64,000 nt of DNA from a virus. Position 1 is the first letter of the stretch. Every line of letters begins with the position of its first letter. Positions 1 to 7,916 of the stretch are shown here, one piece after another. The notes beneath the pieces were generated by a model. That model searched no databases, was not told the DNA's origin, and was given only the letters and a program-made list of their open reading frames with translations. Where the stretch lies: the IMG/VR virus record IMGVR_UViG_3300025769_012879, positions 1 through 64,000 of that record. One strand, written 5' to 3'. The translations under genes and the position numbers were made by a program.

Positions 1-181
1 CACAGGCAAAAGAGTTGATTCCGCAAGTCCCCGATTTCAAACCGGATTTCGTCAAGTCGCTAAATGAGCGGATTGATTCAGGAATCCCACTGACGCCTAA
101 ACAGTTCAAATCATTGAAGAAAGTCGTCTGGTACTTGAAGAAACAGACCGAGCAAAACCACTAATCATTTCAGGGGGTTAC

Positions 182-343
182 ATGACCATTCAGATTTCTA
201 ATGATATAGCACAACTTATTGTTATTGCTACGTTTTCTTTGCTTCTAGTGAAAGTCGTTTTATCTTCACTAGTTACAAGGAAACCCGCGAGACGGAAAAC
301 CACAAGAAAATCAACGAGTTCAAGCAATGGGAAAGAAACGTAA
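182..343 (+). CDS. Small membrane protein, 53 aa (MTIQISNDIAQLIVIATFSLLLVKVV...)
   Basis: Translated by hand. G-rich SD upstream, one hydrophobic helix, basic tail. Confidence 0.55.
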   Translation: MTIQISNDIAQLIVIATFSLLLVKVVLSSLVTRKPARRKTTRKSTSSSNGKET

Positions 344-479
344 GAAAAACAAGAAGTTACACAAGCACAGAAACCCCTACGCTCTAAGTCTTTGTTTTCA
401 CAAAGGAAAAGGGCATCACGGCGATAAACGCAAGAAAAACAATAAGTTAGCGTGTCGCAAAAAAGTTCAAGAAGATTGA
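327..479 (+). CDS. Small very basic protein, 50 aa (MGKKRKKNKK...RNPYALSLCFHKGKGHHGDKRKK)
   Basis: Translated by hand. Fits the tightly packed gene run. Confidence 0.55.
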   Translation: MGKKRKKNKKLHKHRNPYALSLCFHKGKGHHGDKRKKNNKLACRKKVQED

Positions 480-489
480 GAGGTTACAG

Positions 490-693
490 ATGGAAGATTG
501 GTCGCGAGAAGATTTAGTTAATGAAATCAACTGGTTACGGGATGTGTCGGATAGGCGATTCAAGCGCAGTCAAGAAATGCGTAATCATATCCAGTACTTA
601 GAGCAGACGGCACGGGCAAGACTCGACACCATCGGCATAATGACTAAGGAAATCAATAGGTTACGAGAGTCTCTTGAGAAAACTCAACGATAA
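490..693 (+). CDS. Hypothetical coiled-coil protein
   Basis: ORF track; SD GAGAGG upstream. Confidence 0.7.
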   Translation: MEDWSREDLVNEINWLRDVSDRRFKRSQEMRNHIQYLEQTARARLDTIGIMTKEINRLRESLEKTQR

Positions 694-707
694 CAGGAGG
701 TTGAAGC

Positions 708-905
708 ATGACAGATAACCAGTGGGAATCAAACGAGATTTCAATGTGGGTCAATAATGATGAATCATTACACCAACTTGCACAACGAAGTGAGTCGTCT
801 AACGATTTCTTCGATGTGCTTGAAATGATTGGGGTTTCTCATCTTGGAGGTATCAAGATAACCCCTTGGAATGTAAGGGAAAGTTGGGAGGACGCAAATG
901 ACTAA
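708..905 (+). CDS. Hypothetical acidic protein (WVNNDES motif)
   Basis: ORF track; SD AGGAGG upstream. Confidence 0.75.
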   Translation: MTDNQWESNEISMWVNNDESLHQLAQRSESSNDFFDVLEMIGVSHLGGIKITPWNVRESWEDAND

Positions 906-1206
906 TGATTTCGACCAGTTAACACACGCAGAGATGCGAGCGGTCTACAAGCAAAACCTTAAAGATTTTGAGAGGTTACAGCGCAAGACGCAAGTGCTTG
1001 AAATCCTTAATGAAATGGATGTACCGGACATGAGGAAAGACCTCAATAAAATCGGTAACTTACGTTGGTTGCAGCGTAACTTATTGATTCGAAACGGGAA
1101 TCATCCGAAGGCAGTGGAAGTAGTTGAAACCATTGCCAAAATGGCGAGAGAGAAAAATAAACAAAATCAACAGGTTATGAAACTACCTGTTATTTCGGAG
1201 GGTTAG
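898..1206 (+). CDS. Hypothetical protein
   Basis: ORF track; SD GGAGG; overlaps the previous stop. Confidence 0.75.
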   Translation: MTNDFDQLTHAEMRAVYKQNLKDFERLQRKTQVLEILNEMDVPDMRKDLNKIGNLRWLQRNLLIRNGNHPKAVEVVETIAKMAREKNKQNQQVMKLPVISEG

Positions 1207-1208
1207 AG

Positions 1209-1301
1209 ATGGATGATTTTACAACTAAAGAGAAGTGTATCTTATTGATATTTGAAGGGATTTTTTGGATGTCTTTCCTTAGTGTTGTCGGAGGGTTATA
1301 A
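1209..1301 (+). CDS. Small membrane peptide, 30 aa (MDDFTTKEKCILLIFEGIFWMSFLSVVGGL)
   Basis: Translated by hand; SD GGAGG upstream. Confidence 0.45.
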   Translation: MDDFTTKEKCILLIFEGIFWMSFLSVVGGL

Positions 1302-1483
1302 TGGAAATGATTAAACGTACCGGAATCATTAAGGTTTCTCAGAGTGGAATGGCGCAAGAAATAGTTATGCGTTATCAAGGACTTAGACTACAAAAGGTAG
1401 AAAGTGCTCAGATTCCACTAAGATACAAGAGGAATCATTATGTTAATATTTACAAGGACTTAAAGTCTATTGTAAAGAAATAA
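1301..1483 (+). CDS. Hypothetical protein
   Basis: ORF track; SD GGAGG; TAATG coupling to the previous ORF. Confidence 0.55.
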   Translation: MEMIKRTGIIKVSQSGMAQEIVMRYQGLRLQKVESAQIPLRYKRNHYVNIYKDLKSIVKK

Positions 1484-1696
1484 AACAATATTCAGCACTT
1501 ACACTATATTGCCCTATAAACGCAGTAAAGTCGGTAGGTTAGGGTAGGCATAGGGTAAGTCCTTAAAAGCGTGTTATATTAAGGGGTTAAGCGTTTGGTA
1601 AGGTAAGGCGTAAGGGGTTGATATCATAATGATATATAGCACACCCATAATCCCTTAGATTATATAGTGTTATAAAGGCGCTAAGGAAACAAAGGA

Positions 1697-1879
1697 ATGC
1701 TGCAAGTTATTATAATCATTGCGCTTTTGACTGCCTTATTTGCCTTATCATCCATAGGGTTAGGCATCATTAGGGCACTACTTGGGAAGGGTATAGACCT
1801 TTTCTTTTTTATTATCAAGGGGTTAGTGTGGTTGGTTTGCGTCCTTATTACCATTCCCATTGTTTTGGCGCTATTATAA
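1697..1879 (+). CDS. Small two-helix membrane protein
   Basis: Entirely hydrophobic; AAGGA SD. Confidence 0.55.
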   Translation: MLQVIIIIALLTALFALSSIGLGIIRALLGKGIDLFFFIIKGLVWLVCVLITIPIVLALL

Positions 1880-1899
1880 GCAACCTAACTACAAGGCGT

Positions 1900-2150
1900 A
1901 AAAGGGCGATTTTATTTAACTTTCTCTAGAGTGAGATAAAAAAATAAAAACGCCAACTTACGCAACACGTTAAGTTTGCTAACGGGTACCCCTACCCCCC
2001 CGTATCCTATAGCGTTTTGCCGGAATATACTTAACATAATGATAACAGTGTGTTATGATCGCGCTTAGGTACACGAACATATCGCCGGTATTTTTTGGAG
2101 ATTTGGGTTTTATTAGGGGAACTTAGGTATAACTTAGGCAAGTAAAGGGT
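1900..2150. other. Non-coding segment, candidate genome terminus or packaging region
   Basis: GGGTACCC palindrome 1984-1991 then CTACCCCCCC; ATAACA-gtg-TGTTAT inverted repeat 2042-2056; AACTTAGG tandem 2120-2138. The IHF-like array stops here. Confidence 0.35.
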
Positions 2151-2157
2151 CTATTTA
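2151..2157 (+). promoter_or_regulatory. Putative late promoter element CTATTTA
   Basis: Recurrent intergenic motif upstream of virion-type genes. Confidence 0.55.
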
Positions 2158-2182
2158 ATATATTAACCCTGGGGAAATACCG

Positions 2183-2680
2183 ATGAAAATTACAAAAGAC
2201 TTATTACGCGAAATGATTAAAGAGGAACTCGTTGCTCTTAAAGAGGAAATGGGTCTTAAACCCGACCAATTGACACCCGAACAGCAAGCGCTTAGAAATA
2301 AAAAGGTAATGCAATTTTTAAGCGATCCTGCTGTTCATAAATTACAAAAAAAGTATGGAATATTTTTAAGTAAAGTGCCCTTAGGTGATGACTATAATAG
2401 TTATGATCTGCTTAGTTACTTTGGATTAGATGCTAAAGCAGTCCGTCAAAAGGATGTATCTGATGTAATGCCCAACCTTAAGAAATCAGGTGAAAACCTT
2501 TCAAATAAGGAATATAATAAGGCTCTTTATCAGTACGTTCGCACCAAAAAGATCGTTGATGGAATGAAAAATTCGCCTTTCTATGATCAGGAACTATCTG
2601 ATCTTCGCAAACAGCGTGCTGCTTTGTTAAAAATGCGCGCAAAAGATCCAACCCTTCCCGAACCTCCCCCTATTGGTTAA
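2183..2680 (+). CDS. Putative internal head protein with MKITKDLLREMIKEE leader
   Basis: Amphipathic leader ending in Glu; late motif upstream. Confidence 0.6.
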   Translation: MKITKDLLREMIKEELVALKEEMGLKPDQLTPEQQALRNKKVMQFLSDPAVHKLQKKYGIFLSKVPLGDDYNSYDLLSYFGLDAKAVRQKDVSDVMPNLKKSGENLSNKEYNKALYQYVRTKKIVDGMKNSPFYDQELSDLRKQRAALLKMRAKDPTLPEPPPIG

Positions 2681-2805
2681 TTGTTTTCTATGGTGGGGCG
2701 GCACTCACATTTCTGTGCTGTCTCACCTATAGCGTGACCTAACGCAAAAGAGAATATAATCAGGATGATAGTGCATAGATAAAGATCTATTCGTTTATAG
2801 GGCAT
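2677..2805 (-). CDS. Small membrane protein, 42 aa (MPYKRIDLYLCTIILIIFSFALG...)
   Basis: Translated by hand; AGGAGG SD; overlaps the HNH gene end. Confidence 0.55.
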   Translation of the reverse strand: MPYKRIDLYLCTIILIIFSFALGHAIGETAQKCECRPTIENN

Positions 2806-3178
2806 TGTTGTCCTCCTGGGAATGGATAAGGTATTGGATTGCTGCTTCTAAGGATTTTATATTGTCTTTGAAATATCCTAGACCTAAGTTACAGTTATTA
2901 CATAATAAACCTCGGACTTTTCCGGTTGAATGACAATGGTCAACTTTCCAACCTCCAATACCTCGGGGTTCATCTGTCCCGCAAATTTTGCATTTATTAT
3001 TTTGGTTCTCGACCATGCGGTCATATTGGTCTGCGTCTATGCCATATTTGCGAAGTAGTTCTTTAGATTTTAATTCTTTCCTATTGAATTTATTATATAA
3101 TTTGCGTTGATTCTTTCTACGCTCTTTTCGGGCATCATACGCTTTGTCTAAATTTTCGCTATATTTGTTATTCGGCAT
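2795..3178 (-). CDS. Endonuclease VII-family HNH nuclease
   Basis: CKIC...VDHCHSTGKVRGLLCNNCNLGLG. ATG at 3178 preferred over the track start 3199 because TATAAT lies 7 nt upstream of it. Confidence 0.9.
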   Translation of the reverse strand: MPNNKYSENLDKAYDARKERRKNQRKLYNKFNRKELKSKELLRKYGIDADQYDRMVENQNNKCKICGTDEPRGIGGWKVDHCHSTGKVRGLLCNNCNLGLGYFKDNIKSLEAAIQYLIHSQEDNNAL

Positions 3179-3267
3179 GATTATATTATACCGAACCAAA
3201 AAATTTTCTTAATCCCAAAATCTCGCCCCGCAAAAAAATCGCGGGAATATTTTTCCAGATTTTGAAT

Positions 3268-3274
3268 CTATTTA
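3268..3274 (+). promoter_or_regulatory. Putative late promoter CTATTTA, 4 nt before ATG (leaderless)
   Basis: CTATTTA-TTAC-ATG; no SD. Confidence 0.6.
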
Positions 3275-3278
3275 TTAC

Positions 3279-4739
3279 ATGGAAAAAATACTAAACGATT
3301 GGCGTTCTTATGTCAATGAACAAACTGAGGGTTTGTCAGATCTTCAAAAGCAGAGAGCATCTGAGTATGTTGCCTCCCTTGTCAAGTTTTTAATAGAGGC
3401 ATCAGAACCAAAACTTAAAGATGTGGTTTTTGAATTGATCACAAACTGGAATAAAAAACAAAGTCGCGGCGAATACGAGGGTCGTACTGACCATGTTATA
3501 CGTTCTAAGGGAAAAGCATTTATTAATAAAGCAGAATCTGCTGCGGACAAACTGCTTCAAACTGTTATTAATTTTGAGAAAAGAAATCAATTACCATCAC
3601 TATTAAATGGTTATAGAAAAATAACTGGATCATCTTTAACCGATGATCTTCAAAAAATTATTATTTTACCAATGTCAGTTGGCAAAAAAATTGAACAAAT
3701 TCTGAAGATTTTTGGTACGACCAAAAAAACACCCGCAGAACTAAAATCAAATAATTTATTTTTTCCCGGTATGCAAATTATTTTAAAACAACTTGCAAAA
3801 AGTTTTCTCAGAGAAGGTGCTCCACTTAATGTAAGAATGCTTGGTTTATACCTTTCTAAATTTAAAGGACCTTTTACAGAAAAAAACTTAACACAATCCG
3901 AAAAAGAATTTATTAAACAAATATGTTTATTTGAGATGAATTCGCGCTGGGTGGAGGATGTGCTGGGTAAAGCGTGGGGCGAGGTATGGGACAATACATT
4001 CTTTGGAGACGACTACTGGGCTAAACCGATTCGTCAGCGTGAAACTCCACAAAGGGATGCTGCGATTGCCGCTTTCAAGCGATCAGAGTCAAGGTCGGAA
4101 AAACAATATAAAAAATTTAAAAAAGGTGAACTTGGTCCAACTGCGATTATGCCAACACCATCAAGTTATGATGGAAACATGAGAGTGTATGGCAAATCAG
4201 GCAAGGCGGGCGATATCGCCACTTTAGAAACAACATCATTTAAAATTGGCGGCAAGGGCAAGAGTTATCGATCCTATACCAAGTATAAAAAACTGTTTTT
4301 TGGCGGTGGAACAACAAATATTGACAAAGGCAAAATTGTCGGTACTGTTGGGGAAGATACGGCAGATGCCCTTGGTACAGCACTGGGGCAATTTATATTT
4401 AAAGTTGACACTAAAAGTAAACAAATTCGTATTTTTGATAACTATGATTTTAATCAGGCAGATCGAGCAATGAACCTTGAAAAAGCTGGGGAGCGTGGTC
4501 AAAAATTTATGTCCACACCTTCAATTGAATTTGCAAAACACACCAAACACGCTTTGAAGAATCTTTTGAAAATTATAAAAAAGAATGAAAAATTTAATCT
4601 TTTTAATTTTATTGAAGATATGTCTACAATGGTTGCAATTGTAACTAAAAATTATAACGGTTACCCAGTTAGAATAACCTTAAAATATGATAACAACCCT
4701 TCAAAAGTTAAACCGGGTCTATGGAAAGGGTTTAGTTAA
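3279..4739 (+). CDS. Putative head-packaged protein with MEKILNDWRSYVNE leader
   Basis: Leader resembles that of 9258. C-terminal LGQF...DNYDFN domain of unknown function. Confidence 0.65.
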   Translation: MEKILNDWRSYVNEQTEGLSDLQKQRASEYVASLVKFLIEASEPKLKDVVFELITNWNKKQSRGEYEGRTDHVIRSKGKAFINKAESAADKLLQTVINFEKRNQLPSLLNGYRKITGSSLTDDLQKIIILPMSVGKKIEQILKIFGTTKKTPAELKSNNLFFPGMQIILKQLAKSFLREGAPLNVRMLGLYLSKFKGPFTEKNLTQSEKEFIKQICLFEMNSRWVEDVLGKAWGEVWDNTFFGDDYWAKPIRQRETPQRDAAIAAFKRSESRSEKQYKKFKKGELGPTAIMPTPSSYDGNMRVYGKSGKAGDIATLETTSFKIGGKGKSYRSYTKYKKLFFGGGTTNIDKGKIVGTVGEDTADALGTALGQFIFKVDTKSKQIRIFDNYDFNQADRAMNLEKAGERGQKFMSTPSIEFAKHTKHALKNLLKIIKKNEKFNLFNFIEDMSTMVAIVTKNYNGYPVRITLKYDNNPSKVKPGLWKGFS

Positions 4740-4752
4740 ACTTTATAGATTA

Positions 4753-4759
4753 CTAATTA
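4753..4759 (+). promoter_or_regulatory. Putative late promoter CTAATTA
   Basis: Intergenic, followed by GGAGG SD. Confidence 0.5.
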
Positions 4760-4783
4760 CCCCGTACCTGGAGGTAATCATTT

Positions 4784-5428
4784 ATGAAAACACATATAAC
4801 TGAATATGAAATGAAACTCGCAAACATTATGTCTGCGATTGAATATGATTTTCCCGACTTTAAAATCGTATCAAAAAAAGACTCTAAACTTATGAGGATC
4901 TTATCAAAGGTCCTCTTTTTTAATAAAAACTTTATGACCCGTTACATCACGGTTATTGGCAATACTGTATATGTCCCATCTAAGCAGTGGGTAAAAGATA
5001 ATCCTTATGCTGCTTTAGAAGTATTTTGTCATGAATGGGTTCACATGAAAGACAATAGAGAGTTAGGACCCTTATTTAAATTCCTGTATTTAACACCACA
5101 AATTTTTTCTTTGATGTCGCTGTTTTCATTGTGGTCTGGCAACCTTTGGTGGTTATTATGCCTTCTCTATCTTCTACCTATGCCCTCACTCGCTCGTTCT
5201 GAACTTGAGATGCGTGGATATGCTGTCAGCATGGCAGTCCGTTGGTGGGTCTTGGAAGAAAAACCTGATTATGAAAGAATCTCAAAATATTTTACTTCGT
5301 CAGCATATTACTGGATGTATCCTGTAAAGTCAGGAGTAATTCAAGATCTTGAAGAAAACTTTGAGAGAATTAAGCGAATGGAACTTCGCCCTCATGAAAA
5401 GCAGATTTTAGAGATTCTCGTTAATTAA
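4784..5428 (+). CDS. Membrane-associated zincin-like metallopeptidase
   Basis: CHEWVH (HExxH), hydrophobic segment, downstream ELEMRGY. Confidence 0.65.
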   Translation: MKTHITEYEMKLANIMSAIEYDFPDFKIVSKKDSKLMRILSKVLFFNKNFMTRYITVIGNTVYVPSKQWVKDNPYAALEVFCHEWVHMKDNRELGPLFKFLYLTPQIFSLMSLFSLWSGNLWWLLCLLYLLPMPSLARSELEMRGYAVSMAVRWWVLEEKPDYERISKYFTSSAYYWMYPVKSGVIQDLEENFERIKRMELRPHEKQILEILVN

Positions 5429-7532
5429 GAATAATCGTCTTTCCTTTAGCACTCAGAGAAACAATCGTAGGTGAAACTTTGTTTTTACTCGCCTGCATAA
5501 AGACCTCGATTTGTAAAAATCTGCCTTTAACGCCCTGTAACTTATAAGGAAATTTATTTGGCGGGAAAGGTCCAATCTTTTTGGACCACTGTGTTGTTTC
5601 CATCAACTTTAAATCATCAGCGACTCTATAGCGGACATCAATAAAAGAATTTTCGGGGGTCACAAACTCAAGGTCTATTTGTTCCCATTCCGTAGTGGTT
5701 TTTGTTTCAGCAACAGTGCCACCCCAACCACCATAACCAAATGTGTGTTGGAAGTCTCCCTTTGGTGCTGTGTAGTTGTGTAGAGTGTACCCTGTCATGT
5801 CTGAATAGGTGTATGGACCTTTGCCTACGGAATACTCACCAACAACAGAGTTTTTAGTTGGGTCAATTTTTGTAGCAGAGGACTTTGACTGATTCACCGC
5901 CCAGACATAACCGTCGTAGTCCACAGCGATGCCCACAGGGTATCTACCACTGCCTAATGAGATGTGTTGCATTACAGTGAGAGTAACAACATTAATTTTT
6001 GCAACTGAAGAAGTTTGATCGAGAGCAACATAAACATGTCCGTCGTTGGAAGTTGCAATGCCACGACTTCTATTATTATGTTTAACAACCGCCCATTGTT
6101 TTGTTATTGGGTCATAGCGAGAAGATGAAGTTGTTGTGTCCGCTACCCAAATGCGACCAAACATATCTACATTGATGCCGTAGGGTGAACCACCACCCTT
6201 TCCTACATTCTGAACTGATTTGGTTTTTGGGTCAACTCGTAAGAGAGCAGAACATCCACGACCAGCAATCCAAATAATGCCCTTTTGATCAATAACAAGT
6301 CCATAAGGGTTGCAACCAATGTTTATTTGGTCTACTGATTGTCCAGCATTTGGTTCAAGTCTACGAAGTCGCTTGCTGTTCCAGAAACCAAACCAAGCGT
6401 GGTTGTCTTTATCAACTCCCGCTGCACGGGCAACGGTCTTACCGTCAGGGTTTACAATAAATTGAATGCATTCATCATTAGAAACAATGTTTTTACCTGA
6501 TGAGGTTTCAATGTTGCCGTTTCCGTTTTTATCTACACAATCTTTTTTATTTACTCTTATCTTCGCGACTGAACCGTCTCCACGACAACCTATCCAACAG
6601 TCACCGTTGAGGTCCACAGATGTGCGAGAAGGGTTAGAACAAATACTGTACCGACCTTCTTCGACACCTGTTTTAGTGTTTAGTTTTGAGACAGTGTTCT
6701 CAGAAGAGTTTGCAATCCAAATGTGGTTGAGGTTTACTGATGTTTTGCCAATGTCCAACTCTATGTAACCATTCGCATCTAACTTCAGACCCTTTTTATT
6801 TCCAAGGTCAAATGGTTTGCCATAGTCCGGTCCTATTTGTTGTTTAATGCAAGAAAGGTCGCAAGTTCCACAGGAAGAAAGGACTCCTTCATCAATAAGT
6901 CCATTGCAGTTATTATCCTTACTATCGCAGGACTCTGGTTGCGGTAACTTCTCACCAGTACACATTCCCCAATAACCTGATTTACAAAGTTGAATGCCTG
7001 CTTGGCAAATACCTTTTCCTATCCATTGGGGTTCACCTGAGTAGCAGTTTGCTGCCGTTGACTTACAAGGACACCCTTCCCAATTTTGTTTTGAGCAGTC
7101 AGGGCAAATAGCAGCAAAGTTTGGGTTGCTATCATCACAGTCGCCGCCTTTGTAGCAACCAAGACCATAACCATCGCCATCTTTATCTACACATGTCTGC
7201 CACATTCCAGTGTCAGGTAGACCACCCTTTGTATCAGGACCACCGATTGGAGGACCAGAGGAAGTGTCTTTCTTTGGAGGGTCTGGGAGAATAGTATCAA
7301 TCGTACCACCATCAATGAATTGAACATTTACATCAGGTGGAGGACCGAGAGCATCAACCGTACCAGTTGAATCTACTGGTAAGGAAGTTGTATCTTCAAC
7401 AACATCTTTTGGTAAAGTTATAATATCTGGTGTTGGAGTATAATATCCAGCATCAGCAAGTGTTATTGGTGTATAGGTTGGTGCTTTGGAGCACCCGCCA
7501 ATGATTAAAAAGATAAAAAATAATTTTCGCAT
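5421..7532 (-). CDS. Myxobacterial-type lipoprotein: Cys-rich Ca/metal-binding repeats plus Vgb/NHL-like beta-propeller
   Basis: Lipobox-like IIGG-C; P/T/D linker; DKDGDGY..DCDD and ESCDSKDNNCNGLIDE motifs; IWIANS..PSRTSVDLNG..PYG..PYTYSDMTG repeats. Confidence 0.75.
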   Translation of the reverse strand: MRKLFFIFLIIGGCSKAPTYTPITLADAGYYTPTPDIITLPKDVVEDTTSLPVDSTGTVDALGPPPDVNVQFIDGGTIDTILPDPPKKDTSSGPPIGGPDTKGGLPDTGMWQTCVDKDGDGYGLGCYKGGDCDDSNPNFAAICPDCSKQNWEGCPCKSTAANCYSGEPQWIGKGICQAGIQLCKSGYWGMCTGEKLPQPESCDSKDNNCNGLIDEGVLSSCGTCDLSCIKQQIGPDYGKPFDLGNKKGLKLDANGYIELDIGKTSVNLNHIWIANSSENTVSKLNTKTGVEEGRYSICSNPSRTSVDLNGDCWIGCRGDGSVAKIRVNKKDCVDKNGNGNIETSSGKNIVSNDECIQFIVNPDGKTVARAAGVDKDNHAWFGFWNSKRLRRLEPNAGQSVDQINIGCNPYGLVIDQKGIIWIAGRGCSALLRVDPKTKSVQNVGKGGGSPYGINVDMFGRIWVADTTTSSSRYDPITKQWAVVKHNNRSRGIATSNDGHVYVALDQTSSVAKINVVTLTVMQHISLGSGRYPVGIAVDYDGYVWAVNQSKSSATKIDPTKNSVVGEYSVGKGPYTYSDMTGYTLHNYTAPKGDFQHTFGYGGWGGTVAETKTTTEWEQIDLEFVTPENSFIDVRYRVADDLKLMETTQWSKKIGPFPPNKFPYKLQGVKGRFLQIEVFMQASKNKVSPTIVSLSAKGKTIILN

Positions 7533-7533
7533 A

Positions 7534-7562
7534 GTTGTACCTCAAGTACAACCATTATAACA
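7534..7562 (-). promoter_or_regulatory. Extended -10 (TGTTATAAT) plus 5' hairpin over the SD
   Basis: ATTATA 7554-7559; GTTGTAC 7534-7540 pairs with GTACAAC 7546-7552. Confidence 0.45.
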
Positions 7563-7916
7563 CTACTTCCAGAAAATTTGAATACCAACAAGTGTGAAAG
7601 CAAGTAAAGAACTTACAATATTTTTTGGAGTAAAAGCAGATTCGCCCATCAATATCCAGGTTAATATTGGAAAACTGACATAGGACAATCCAAATCCAAG
7701 TAGTCTAGACGCCCATGCAGATTCTAATCCAGCGTAAGACCATTTAGATCCCCACCAAAAAGCAAGAGAAACCGGTAGGGACCAAATAAGTGCTGTTATG
7801 AGAGGTTTGTCTTTCCACCAATCCCAAACAAACTGAGAGTTGTTTAGAAACCAAGCAAATACTTGTCCCAGTAAAAGCATCAGGGATCCAAGTATGATTA
7901 GTGTAGTTTTAGACAT
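7563..7916 (-). CDS. Four-helix small membrane protein (SMR/DMT-like topology)
   Basis: Four hydrophobic segments in 117 aa. Confidence 0.6.
   Translation of the reverse strand: MSKTTLIILGSLMLLLGQVFAWFLNNSQFVWDWWKDKPLITALIWSLPVSLAFWWGSKWSYAGLESAWASRLLGFGLSYVSFPILTWILMGESAFTPKNIVSSLLAFTLVGIQIFWK

Larger units (their letters stand above)
8..1825. repeat. Dispersed array of IHF-consensus-like sites (WATCAANNNNTTR; extended form YAANNAWWTCAANNNNTTA)
   Basis: Exact matches at 525-537, 651-663, 1165-1177, 1373-1385, 1813-1825 (+) and 1077-1089, 1611-1623 (-). Near matches at 168-180, 309-321, 347-359, 385-397, 437-449, 588-600, 909-921, 966-978, 991-1003, 1050-1062, 1193-1205, 1450-1462, 1577-1589. 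Confidence 0.8.

Noticed and set aside
8-1825. CRISPR array or integron attC array
   Set aside because: Repeats are short, degenerate, on both strands, irregularly spaced and mostly inside ORFs; no cas1 or integrase nearby.
1510-2804. 13-bp inverted match TGCCCTATAAACG at 1510-1522 and 2792-2804
   Set aside because: A single 13-mer match over a few kb is plausible by chance; no transposase or target duplication.
3227-3245. Rho-independent terminator
   Set aside because: Hairpin lies between divergently transcribed genes and has only a 5-bp stem; role unclear.
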